A DNA stretch of 62,426 nucleotides, counting the filler, from Sluysia triapertura (Eukaryota), in assembly GCA_046118255.1 (NCBI GenBank). It is 5 parts of 5 records of this genome, joined end to end, with 100 filler letters (N's around TTAATTAATTAA, not from the genome) between each part and the next. Parts side by side here need not be neighbours in the genome. Positions count along the whole stretch, not along the records: positions 38,700 to 50,225 come from JBJNIA010183712.1; positions 50,326 to 62,426 come from JBJNIA010139614.1; 3 more parts are not named here. One strand, written 5' to 3'. Shown here one piece after another: positions 50,223 through 62,426 of the stretch. The notes under the pieces are model-generated. The model was given only the letters and a program-made list of their open reading frames with translations, searched no databases and was not told the origin of the DNA. The position numbers and the translations under genes are program-made. How positions within the stretch are numbered: the stretch's first letter is position 1; each line of letters opens with the position of its first letter.

Positions 50223-50225
50223 GTT

Positions 50226-50325
50226 NNNNNNNNNNNNNNNNNNNNNNNNNNNNNNNNNNNNNNNNNNNNTTAATTAATTAANNNNNNNNNNNNNNNNNNN
50301 NNNNNNNNNNNNNNNNNNNNNNNNN
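50226..50325. other. Artificial contig linker
   Basis: N44-TTAATTAATTAA-N44. Confidence 0.97.
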
Positions 50326-50392
<67 letters not shown>

Positions 50393-50720
50393 TTATATTG
50401 CGTTCATATCTACCGCGAAAGTACTCAAAAGCGCTTAAGATAAATCATTCACCATAATATTCCAGCAATTTGACATTCTCTGGTAATTGGTTGTATATTT
50501 TTGAGACATAAACAGTATACAACCTATTACTTAGCTTCCTATCACTATTAATTATGTATAGATTATTGTCTCAATGAAATATTCATCTTCGTTTCCAGTT
50601 TTTGTATTATTTCTGACAGATATTCATGACTTCCGTAATGTAAGCATTTGTAAATTGTCATAATTTTAAATTTTATTCTTGCTTTGATTGGCAACGAATA
50701 GCAGAACTTATTATATGACA
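50326..50720 (-). mobile_element. 5'-truncated L2/CR1-group LINE, 3' end with (ATT)n tail
   Basis: SLPIKARIKFKIMTIYKCLH...EYLSEII and KIYNQLPENVK match L2 ORF2 C-terminal motifs (WLPxxxRIxFK...KxLH...YLS; LWNxLP), followed by the conserved 3' tail and (TAT)n. Confidence 0.8.
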
Positions 50721-51522
50721 AAGTTGCAGACAATTATTTTTTCTAATATTAAATGAGAAAGTACAAAAGGCATGCTCAGGCTTAAAAATAAGAAAACTTA
50801 TCGATTAAAGTTTATCATGATGCTAACACAAAATTAAAAAAAATTTAAGTATTTAAAATAAACTGTCTCTGATCAAAAGGACCAAATTTTCAATTTTTTG
50901 AACCGCGTAAAGTATCGTGTAAAATGAGAGACAATCTTCAAAAAAAGAAAATTTAATGCAATATATTGCATTTATTCAAATTAATACAATAAAATACATT
51001 AAGACATTCTTGTTCAGGTGTTACAGACGTTACAAATAATGGTTACGCAAAGACGAAATTGGTCAGCTGGTCATTAAAATGGAAAAATTGGTTTGCGTTT
51101 GGTGGAAATTCGAAGGTTCAGTAATTTATTTCTGATCACCTATATATTGTAATCAAATAGAAACTTCAAGCTATTATATAATGCTAAACCTTACATCGAT
51201 AAAATGAAATTATTAGATGATATTGATGTATGAATTAATTTCCACATTCAACATATAATCTAGATTCTGGTGATCTGGAAAAGAATCATTTTTAAACAAG
51301 ATCGACAATAACCATAAAAATAAATAGTTCAGTCTTTCGATCCTAGAAGCAAAATTGGTATTAAGCATTTTATCGTCGTTGGAAAAACTGTACAAAAACG
51401 ATATTTTTCGAAAATTCTTTATAGCTTTTGAAATAACCTAATACACACTTTTATGAAAATATATTTGATATAGTATTTAAATAATTTTACATATTTTAAT
51501 TTTTAAAAAAATTAAAACTAAC

Positions 51523-54500
51523 TTTTGGCAATTTGTGTGTATTATCTGAAACAAAATGTTGCATCTGCTGATTTGTCTTATGAGACTTAGGATCGATAAA
51601 CGGTCCATTGACCGATATGACAACTGGAGGCTTTTGAACTACTGCTGCTGTATTATTTGAAGTAGCGTCTACAGAATTTACTGAAGTTTGTTCCACATTT
51701 GCCGTCGTCGTTAAGGTCTTTGAATTTAAAAGATTTGAATTGTTGCTAGTGTCTGAATGATTAGTTGTTTCAGTTACATGAAATTGGGATTGATTTGAAG
51801 GAATAGCTGCGGAAACTACTGATGCAGCAGTGTTTGATTTAGCATGCAATTTCGACTTTTTTCTTTCCTCCCATACATTAACAGAAGGAATCGGCGCAGG
51901 TTCTGGTATTTTTTTCTTTTCCTCAGTTTTTGCATCAGTTGGGGACGCAGGCACCGGTGTACTACCACTATTAATACTGTTATCACTTGCCTTAACGGAA
52001 GACAACTTGTTCGGAACTCCCCATGCATTAGATCGAGTATGTGTTCCAACACTACTACTTTTATTCAAACTTTGAATTTTCAACTTCTAAAATTTATATT
52101 GTAATTATCTAATATATAATTTAAACGTACTTTTCACTAAAATATTTTGATTTGCATCAAATTGTTAGTTTTTAATTTTATAAAATAATTTTTTAAGTGT
52201 ATACCTTCAAGCACATTGCGCATACAAAATATACGTTGTGTATTTTAGATGTCTTTTAAGAAATTGTTGTCTTTTTGAATTTATATATTTTTATTTATTT
52301 TTTTTTACATTTGTATAGTTTCAAAGTTTTAGATTGTGATTAGAATTTTTCGTGATGTTACTCGAAAACATTAATACAATACATTAGCAAGAGTGATTTC
52401 ATAAATACTTGGTATCCTTAATTTCTTTTCGTTGTATTAAAATCTAAAGACATTCTTTGTTGTAATCTTCAATTTAAGCTACATTATTAAAATATTTCAA
52501 AAATATATTAAGATAAATAATTAAAAGTAAGGTGTCGGTTATATCTGAATACTTAAAATTATGCAACGACATTGATGTTTAATATTAATATTTTGTATAT
52601 ATTTTTTAATTTAATTTCATATTTTTCTTAAGTTAATATAACAAGATTATACGTTGCACGTCTGACGATTAAAGAAAGATCTGCAAGTACTATCATAACT
52701 TCAATAATTATATAATTCATTGGCACTAAATGTGACTTCGAAAAATAAGTGCATTTTTTAATGATTTGACATGGGTATGAATTGTGGATTGAATACAGCA
52801 AGTAGAAGAATAACAGATAAAAATGTCATTAAATTATGTAAACGAAGCTTCAACATTAGACGTCAAAAAAATTCATAATGTACGAAAACATTGAAAACAC
52901 AAAAATTATTCAAGACTACAAAATTATTTGAAATATTTTTGGCATCTTTTACATTGTCACGGTTTGTTACACAAAAATAAGATAAAATAATTAAATTAAA
53001 TATAAATAACGTAAATAATGCAAATTGTTCAATTTGTGATATTTCAATTGCGCTTCGTTTGTTTATATCGAAGATCTAATATTAGATCTTTTTGTTAATA
53101 TTTAATAATTCAAATCAATCATTTTACAAGTACTCAAAATGAAGTCTATATAATATTTGTTATATGAAGTGTTCCATTCGAGTTTTGAAATGAGACCATA
53201 AACCTCATGTGAAGTCATATTTAGTACTATATTCAATTAATAAGGGAGTACAAATGATTTAGATCTAATGACTGGACATTTTTCAAAATAAACTCTTCTT
53301 TGACCTTTAATATTAACTCTTTCATTAACGTTATCAAATTATTATTAACAAAATTTTTAGGTTCCATATTGTATTCACATCAAATCCCAAATCCGTAAGA
53401 CAAATTGGAATTATGATGTAAATTAAACTCTGAATATTTAGCATTGTAAAATGGGTGTCGACATTATACGGTGAAATAATTAGGCTAAATAGATTGCTTT
53501 TCAAAATTTTTTAGGATGCACCACATAATCCGGAAAATACGGTGCATTACAATTCATCAGCATTATTTAATCAAAATAGAAAGCGAATAACTACAGTACC
53601 TTTGAAAATGCAATGGCAAAATTTTGAATTCTAATAAAGATGTTAAAGTATTAATAAATTTTTGACTTTAAGTATTCAAGAAAGCAACATTTAATGGAAG
53701 CTACTATATGGGTATTATTAAGAGATGCACTAGTCCCTGAATCAATATTATTGTAAGAATCCTCATTTATAAATATCTTTGACAGAAAAAATGTTTCAAT
53801 AAAATTATACAATATTATGTTGCACTTCACAATGTCTAAATATCAACGAACATCCACTGTACGGCTTCAAACTATTAGAAAACAGTTAAACTCAAAAATA
53901 AATAAGATAGACGTTATTAATTACCAAACATCAGATCAAGACGCCACAATGCACTAAAAATGAAAATCCGGTAAAAAGTTAATACTAACTAGCAAGCGGA
54001 TACAATTCAATAATGTACGTAGTTAGAATTGTAGTTATAATACTGAAAATATTATATATAATAATTAACCAATAGGTAAAGAAAACTAATAAAATATAAC
54101 CATATTATAGAAATAAATTAGATAGAAGCTGATTATCGTGAAGTCGCCAAGTGATGAAAATTGAATAAGTAATGAGCATAAAATTGTGAATATAAAAAAT
54201 AATATTGAAACATGAAAAATTTGTTTGGCATTTTACTTTTTGGGAGCACATCGCTATTTTGAAAATATCATAGGTACAGTAATAAGAATAAATGGTATTA
54301 TTATACAGAGATTTTTTCTAATTACTGTAATATCGTTTAATTATTAACGAATAATTATTAATTATTAAACAGCTTGAATCATTCTTATCAATTCACAAGT
54401 TGAACGAGGTCACATTTGAAATATTAAATCATTCTTGTTAACTAAAATATAAATATGATGGAATATCATACGGGCTGGTTTTTAAGCAATAAATATAGCT

Positions 54501-57500
54501 TACATTATAATAAAATGCTTTTTAACTTAACTAAAGCTCTAGCATTATTCATTTAGATTTATTAATGTGGTTTTTCATATAAAGAATACTTTGTGATTTA
54601 TTAAAACTAGACAGATCAATTTGTATTACTTCAAGAAGTTTTTCAGAAATACTGAAATTCATGATATGATTAATTTAATGAAATCACTAGAACCTGAAAA
54701 TTCTGTTAAATGATAATTTATCTGCAGCAGCTGAGAATTCAGTTGACACTGAATAAAACATATGATAAGAAAAGCTGGCATAAAGAATTAGAGATGAAGC
54801 AAACTGAAAATGATGAAGGTTTTAAAGAAATGAATGTAATAATCAAACATGCCGATAATTCATTTGATATAACATCAACTATGTATGTCAAACATAATTA
54901 CGATCGAAATCACTACAAAACCGCACAATGGATGTACGGTATTTCAAACTTAGGTTTATATCTTAGATATGGTCAACAATACATATATGCCCATAACATC
55001 TCAGAATTACGTCAATCCTCCTACAACAATGATTTCAATAATAACTTGATCGTATTTGTAATCTGTTATCCATCTTGCAAGCAAAGTCAAGTAGTATAAA
55101 TTCTTCAATAGGAGACTACATGAGCCTTAATCACATCGATCATGATTTAGCAGATTCAAGTATAAATGACAATATGAACTTAGAGGTAAATCATTTTTTC
55201 TTAAAATTTTTATTTGATGATATTTATTTCTTTTTATTAGTATCATCCTTCAACATATGGCTTATGGCATACCAAGATGTAATTCAATCATCATTTGTAT
55301 GTAATAAATTAACATCCAATAATGAGTTCATAATTTTAATTTACGTTATAGTAAATAAATACCTTAGATTTTATTTCGTGTATTTTTATTCTAACCAAAC
55401 AATAAAAAGATGTAATTTAGTTTAATTTTCGTGTTAATAAAAAATATTAAATTAACAATTTAATTGAATATATAATACTTAAACATAACATTATATAATC
55501 ACCCAAAACAGTAATTTTTAATTCCTACTAATAATCTATTCCTACTCATTTTTTGATATATTTTACTATGTATCGTAGATTGTAATATATTCTTATAAAT
55601 ATTACAATACTGGAAATATAAGTATGTGATATGCAAATAAAGCGACAAATCATTTTTTACATGGATATTCAAAATAGTAAATAACACTTAAAAATGAATT
55701 TATCTAATTACCTAATAACTTACTTAATATAGATTTAAAATTTAGTTAAACTTACACAAATCAGCGTACAACTTAATGTAGTTTTTTGAAATTTAAAACT
55801 GATTATGCTTAAGGAGTCAACCTAATAGATGCTAATAGGTTTATTTCGAAAATTTGCATACAAAGTACAATATTGTAAATTGTGGATCTGCAACTGATTT
55901 AAAACTTTCTTACACCATTGTAAACTTAGTAATAAACCTATTAAGCAGTAAACAATAAAGTCACATTCAATTATTCATCATCTTACTTTCTCTTTTACAC
56001 TCCACACTAATATTAATATAATTATTTACATTATAATTATATTAATATTTTATCAATTTTTCTGAATTAATATTTTATGAACGTTTACCTTCTCAAAAAA
56101 GGTTGTAATAAAGCTATACAATTGGTTTAGACTGTAGCATTTCAACCACGCACTATAATCTCATTGTTGCTCTTATACATAAATTCATACAAGTCATAAT
56201 CCAAGTCATGCATAATTTACATATAAAACATTTTCTACATATCACTACTTCATACTCAATACAAAATTCCTACAATAAAATATATTTAAGTTATTAACCG
56301 CTAAAATTATATTATTGTACACAAAATTATAATATATCAAATTAATGCCACACATTATTTATTCATTGTATTCAACTTCAAACCACAAATTCTTTTAATA
56401 AAATCAAATTAACTAGATCAAATTATAATAACCAAATACGTTAATATCGTACAGTCCTCATGATCGTCATTATCAGTTATCATTGTTTTTTTATTTTTTT
56501 TACTAATGTACCAATCTTTAAGGCATAACACTTTTAGAACAATTTCAAGTATTGAAAAATCATGACTCCAAATTCTACGAAATAAATGAATGTTTTGTTA
56601 AAAATTATGAATTCTTTTGTTTGAATGTGTCATTTCCTTTTATTACAGTATAGTATATTATTTTTCCTACTATTTTTCTTTCGCCTTTTTTTCTGATATT
56701 ATTTTTATTGTAATTTCACAAAAAACTTTAATTTCCAAAATTTATTGAATTTATATTATATTTTTCTGTGTATTTTAAAAAAGCCAAATATTGGGAGTAC
56801 TTCTTAAATCATGTATTTTTACGTGAAAGCTAAATGAGACTCAAATATTTTGAGTTTTCATATGCAAGTTTTAAAGATTATGACGTTGATAGAGATGAAA
56901 TGACACTGACAGATGTTAGAGACGAAACATTTCTCAGAATGGAATCTGTGAAGGCTTCTAATAATTCAAAATATTATTAGACATCAGGAATTTCGAAAAT
57001 TGTTCTCAACCAGATAAAAGAATGTTTTGCAAAACTGTTGATTACATTTGTATGTTAAATAATCAAGTTAAATGCAGCAAATTGCTTAATTTGCAATATA
57101 ATTTGAACCTTTTCAAACCTTTACTTACTGAATTTTCATGTTTCTTTTTTAAAATTTCCAAATAGAGTTATGCAGCAAAATGTGTAGAGTCCGACGCATT
57201 TGACAACGTTATGGGCTTGTAACCATATGTGCAGCAAGAAGAACATAAAAAATTAATGCATTAGTTATTTGATAAGTACTCCACATAAATATTTATAAAC
57301 GATTGCATGAACTTAATTATAAATTCAATATTAATCAAGTTAATTGAGCTAACATTAGTATAGAAATTTTTAAACATTAACTCAATAAATATAAAAATTT
57401 CAAATGTTTAATCTACGAAAAATTAAACATACTTCTAATTTTTCATCTATTTCTCGTTCCCTCTCTCTAGTATCAATAGGTCTAGCCTCACCGAAAATAT

Positions 57501-60500
57501 TTTCTTTAGATACAACAGCTGAATCATTGACAAGAGTTTCTCTTTTCGTATGAAGCTTAGATAATTTACGATCAAAAGTTAACTCCTGAAATGGTTTATT
57601 ATCTTTGTCTATTTTTTCTTTAACCGGTGATGGCGGATTTTCATCATTAGATCTTGTTTTACGCCAATTATCCATATTGTCAATACTTGATTGAGGTATA
57701 ACAGCCGCATTTCTATCAACTGGATTATTTCTTGAACGCCAATTTGTACCAGCATTTCCACTTCTAAAATTTCCTGACCCTTTCCTAAAATTGTCATCTT
57801 TTTGTGCACTAACTGGTTGTGATTTTCGAACCCGCCAATTATCGCTTTCGTCACAGTTTGATATAGATTGACTAGGTTGATAATTTATCTAAATAAAAGC
57901 ATATATTAAATTTTTTTGAAATTTATTCTAGAATACGTCAATGTTTTAGGAAGAATATTCAAAGTTTTTAACTTTGTTAATATCATCCGCATATGCTTAC
58001 AGGGAGAACGTTATTAATATTGATTATAAATAACTTGAGATCACATATGTCAGAATTTTTTTACTTTCTGTTCGCCAACTTACTAAAAATTATTCATGGG
58101 CCTCAATTTGTCAATAACCATATTTTACCTTAATGTTATATATAATATAATGTTAAGTATAATTTGTAGTCTTAGTTATCGCAGTTGATTGTATTATGAA
58201 TTAAAAAAATAAATTTCACTATTAGCATTTTATTATTAATCAAATAAGCAAAAAGGTTTGTTTCTAATAATCTCTAATCTAAAGAATTTTCGTCACCAAA
58301 ACTTTTATGCAAATTAAGATTACTTTTGTTAATTCTTAATTTTTCGACGCTTTATATGAACTCTTTTCCTTTATTCACCTCTTCTACTAATATTACAATT
58401 ATTTTAGCATAACTACTGCGATTCATATAGTAGGTCAAGATCCTTCGCGATATATCCTTTTCTTTTAGTCTTCCTTGCTTATTGTTCTTCGTGAAATGTG
58501 TCATCGAATATAAACATCACTACAGTTTTCACCTTATCAGCACTTGCTCTCTTATTGATTAAATCTATAAGTACCTAATATTATTTTGAATTGATAAATT
58601 TAATCACACGTAATCATCAGTGTGATTCCTAATTCTTTTCAAATAATTTAAAATTTTCTCTCCAAACTTTGCTAAATTTTTCAATAAATCAATCTGAAAT
58701 TTAAAATACACTCCTTATTTGAAGCATTTTATAAAATCACTAAATTTTTAAAATTTCAAACTTTTCTATAATGACCGGAAGATTATATAACTTTATTTAC
58801 AAGTTGACATTTAAATATTTGTTATCTTTATGGTGTTTTATCAATAATCTAGATTAGAATATTATTTGTAAATTGTGAAATTATCTTCATATATCAATGA
58901 ATTAAGCTAAGTCACAATTTCAATCTCGAATGTTATAGAATAACTTTCAAACCCTATTTAAAACAAGTTACTTTAGCTTGTTACTTTCTTAATGCAAAAG
59001 TTCAAGTTTGCTAACTTTTCTTTAAATCACTAAGTCTATTAAATCTAATCCAAATTTAACAAAACATATAATAACTGTTTTGAGAACAGTAATAATAAAT
59101 TTTAAACAATTTTAATTAAAACATTTAATTCTAAAAATGCAGCAATTACTCAAACCAAAATATAGCAACCAAATCCAGATAAATTTTATCATCAAACAGT
59201 GCCAAATTTCTACTGTCAGATAGAAAATTCAATGAAAAATAAATTATAGATGAATTAAGCCAGAATAAATACCAACCAAATTATTTTAGAATTATTCTTA
59301 ACTAAAACTGCTTCTAAAATTACGGTAAACCAAAATCACCTCAATTATTTTTAATTTGTTTATTAAAAATTTTACAATACTATTTATAATGAAATGTAGT
59401 CAATAGTTATTCAACATTTATAATTAATTTCCACCACTCAGCCAATTTCACCCTATAATTTTTTGTACATATTTGCTGTTATATTGTGTGGATAGTTTTC
59501 TCTATATTAATAGTTAATCACAATCCCCATACGATTGTAGATGTGCTTTTATTTAATTATATCGGTCTTGTTACATTGTTTTATTTGTGCATGTCAAATT
59601 CTTTTTTTAATAAGTTTTCTTATTCTACTAGCCGTTAGTTAGTTTAATTTCTTATTTAAAGATGATTTATAAATATGTTTTGATGTTTATGAAAAATATT
59701 TTTATTAACGTTTTGTGAACGTTCATTTTATTCTTACTTTTTGTAAATTTTTAGTTACATTAACACGTTCTCTACAACTTCGCAAATATTCGACGTATCA
59801 ATTCTTGCTTTTGAGCCAGGCGTAACAAACGTGTTGTCTATCTGGTAATACTATTTCGTTGTATAATTCGATTGAAATTCTTGTGCATTTCTATCGATTT
59901 CCTATACACCTCTACACAACACTGTCCTTGATTGCTTTGGATAGCTATAGCTTTTACCTGATATTTAATACCAACGATTGAAGTTTTGCTTTGGTATTTC
60001 AAATTATTTTTCGCAATTTTAATGGAATGATAAAATTTTCGTTTTGATAATTTAGAAATTAAGTTTTTCCTCCTCATTTCAACCAAAAATGCTTTAATCA
60101 ATTCAATTATAACCACTTAGGCCATATAACAAAGCATCTAAATGCCTGATATGTTAAAATTAAAATTAGTCTTCAAGTGACTTTCATGACTGGCTTCTCA
60201 AGAATTTCTTTGGGTTCTACAATATATTTTTAAAGACTTTCGATGTCATTTGTCAACAAACCCGCTAATTTTTAAGTTGATAAATTCAATTTTAAAAACC
60301 TCATTAAATTAAATTTGGATTGAAAATTTAAATTTAATAAAACTTAGAGGGTTCCAAAATTATCCCACCATTTGATCGTACGTTAGTTTAAAAATAGATT
60401 GAGAAACTACTGATCACAGTCAAAAAATATGCAAACAAAATTTCAGCTTTTTATTTTGTATTAAATACATTTTAAAATTAACTTCAAGTCAATAAACTTG

Positions 60501-61735
60501 ATAATTTTTTTTCATATTATTATCTAGCTTTGAGATAAAAGAACAAACAGCGTTTTGATTACAATCTTTGTTTTAGTATTCTAATATTTTTAATTAACGA
60601 GTAGCAATTTAGTTACCAGATTGCATTTAGATTTACTGATTAATCTAGAAATATAAAATTATATTTATTGCAGTATTTTGAAATATCTGACTATTATAAA
60701 CTTTAGCTTGAATATTTGAATCATCAGGTTTATTCAAATAATATTTGTTTAGTAAAATTTTATTTTCATCAATTTAACTGCTTCACGAGACATTTGAGAA
60801 AATATTTTCTGGTAGCGCATCTATTTAAACTTTTCGTCAGCTTTGGCTTGTTTCCAATTCTAGATGCCTGTAGGATCCCTTGAACACACAAGACATGGTA
60901 AAGTAATTACAAAAATGTTTGTTACTTATTAGACAAAACGTTCCATATCAAATTTTTATATTGTAAATGTTTTAATAAATTTAAATATATTACTTAATAG
61001 CATGGCGTAAAAAGCATTTTTTACAGCGCATTACTACAAAGTTAAGTATAAACCTACTAACTCTGATTGTTATCACTTGAAGACGTCTAAAATACAAACT
61101 AAGTAGTCGATATTTATTAAATTGACAAGTTTATAATTTTTTATTTTTCACAACATTATTTCAATTTACTGGTTAAATATTTATATTTTATATTAATACA
61201 TTGTTAGCAAAACATAATTAGTCTTACCTTAGAATCTCTTTGATTCCGAGATAGTAAAACATCCCCAGAAGCAGCAATATTTAAACGAATAATCCTACTC
61301 TTAAATGTTTTATCATTATAATTTAAAGCAATCTTCAAATTATTTAAATCATAAAACTCTATTTGACCAGTGCCCTTCCTCTTTTCATTTACTCTTATTT
61401 CTTTTATTTCGCAGTTTTTTAAATATCTAAAATTATGTTTAGTTATGAATACAAGTTACTGTTTAAGATCATCTTGAGAAGCTTCATAAGGAATGTTAGA
61501 ATAATTTAATATAAATGGACCATCTTGTGATATATTATTTAATTCTTCTGATTGACGCGTTGCACTTGTTTCTGTGGGCAAAGTCGATCGAATTGCACTT
61601 ATATCAACTGAAGGAATTTCTTCATCAATAGGTGACTTACCAATAAGCTTCTAATTAAATAAATTACAAATAACAAAAACTAACAGTTGAAAACTGTACA
61701 TCAACAGCAATTTTTTTACTCAACTTCTTACTCAT
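51523..61735 (-). CDS. EIF4B: Translation initiation factor eIF4B; exons 61735-61700, 61650-61460, 61426-61228, 57888-57433, 52086-51523; last exon unresolved (candidate about 51438-51213)
   Basis: Spliced in frame: MSKKLSKKIAVD|...STLPTET...GPFILNYSNIPYEA (RRM; KGTGQIEFYD...RIIRLNIA)|DNWR repeats, NIFGEARPIDTREREREIDEKL (eIF4B SIFGGAKPVDTAAREREVEERL)|PAPIPSVNVW. All junctions are GT-AG. Confidence 0.88.
52650..52880 (+). pseudogene. Possible small GTPase (Ras-family) fragment inside an eIF4B intron
   Basis: IFIGTKCDFE resembles the G4 box (LVGNKCDLE), and downstream YVNEA resembles NVNEAF; heavily decayed. Confidence 0.35.
53450..53544. mobile_element. pogo/Tigger-like terminal repeat
   Basis: Reverse complement ACCGTATTTTCCGGATTATGTGGTGCA resembles pogo-type ACCGTATTTTCCGG ends. 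Confidence 0.55.
54558..55300 (+). pseudogene. Decayed intron-bearing gene relic nested antisense in eIF4B intron
   Basis: Coding-like overlapping ORFs (54710-55099, 55075-) linked by frameshifts, and a GT-AG mini-intron at about 55186-55240. Confidence 0.35.
59760..61100 (-). pseudogene. Decayed basic/helical coding relic(s) inside eIF4B intron 3
   Basis: ORF 59838-60116 continues past its stop (RLLRLAQKQELIRRIFAKL); exon-like blocks with AG/GT ends lie near 60870 and 61087. Confidence 0.3.
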
Positions 61736-62426
61736 TGTGTCATTAATTAAGCATAAAATATTATTTAGAAATATTGAATGTACTATTATACTTTCAAATT
61801 GTACGGTTTTTAAAAATTAATTGCATTAAAACAAAATTGACGTGAAACGTATCAGTATCGCATAAGAAACATATTATTTTCATTTTTTCATATATTTAGT
61901 ATTTCACAAAAAATAAATTTATTAATATGTCAATAAATGCATTTATAAATTCATGCAGTTTAAAATCATTAACACAAATTTCGTAACCTTTTTAATTTAA
62001 CGATTAATTCAAGAACCACTGTTAGGTAGCGTATTTTAAAATATTCGATTTAAATTAACTTATTAACTCTTGATTCAAAAATTAATAAATCAAAATAAAA
62101 TGGATACTCAATTATATATTTTATAATGCAAATTATATAATTATGATAAATAATTATAATAAATGTATCTATCTAAACTTACAACTATTAATGATCACTA
62201 ATAATAGTCAAATATTCAAAATCAAATAAAATATCTATGAACTGTTAGTTACTTAAATCGGTATTAAATAGTAAACAATCAATTTTCATATAATAATAAT
62301 AATGTTGCGTCTTTACAAATTATCAATAACTATAAATCAATATTAATTCAATTAGCTTAAAAAGAATCTCAATTATTTAAGTATTCACTAGATCAAATAT
62401 AAATTTTCAATAATTCTCTTATTTAA

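Overview
Very AT-rich eukaryotic (metazoan) draft sequence made of five contigs joined by artificial N44-TTAATTAATTAA-N44 linkers, plus one 100-N gap. Introns as short as 27-49 nt and highly diverged animal proteins would fit a compact parasite genome such as the orthonectid Intoshia; this is a guess, not verified. Apparently intact genes: a multi-exon eIF4B (minus strand), an intronless LRRC74-like gene and part of an FMNL-type formin. The window also holds a truncated protocadherin next to a frameshifted UFL1 copy, and relics of Gypsy, mariner, hAT, pogo, an L2-type LINE and a tRNA-derived SINE. Main observation: five loci on three contigs share one architecture. Upstream they carry a strand-biased arm, a conserved TACAYGATCTTT box, a trinucleotide tract and an inverted CCAATCAG-N32/33-CTGATTGG pair. 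The ORF then has a variable intronless fragment of a conserved host protein (SF3A3, PDE GAF-A, PP2A-B55, cyclin C, or none), a locus-specific tandem repeat and a shared C-terminal region. Not every locus retains every part. This looks like a gene-fragment-capturing chimeric gene or element family. All homology calls come from recalled protein motifs, not database searches.
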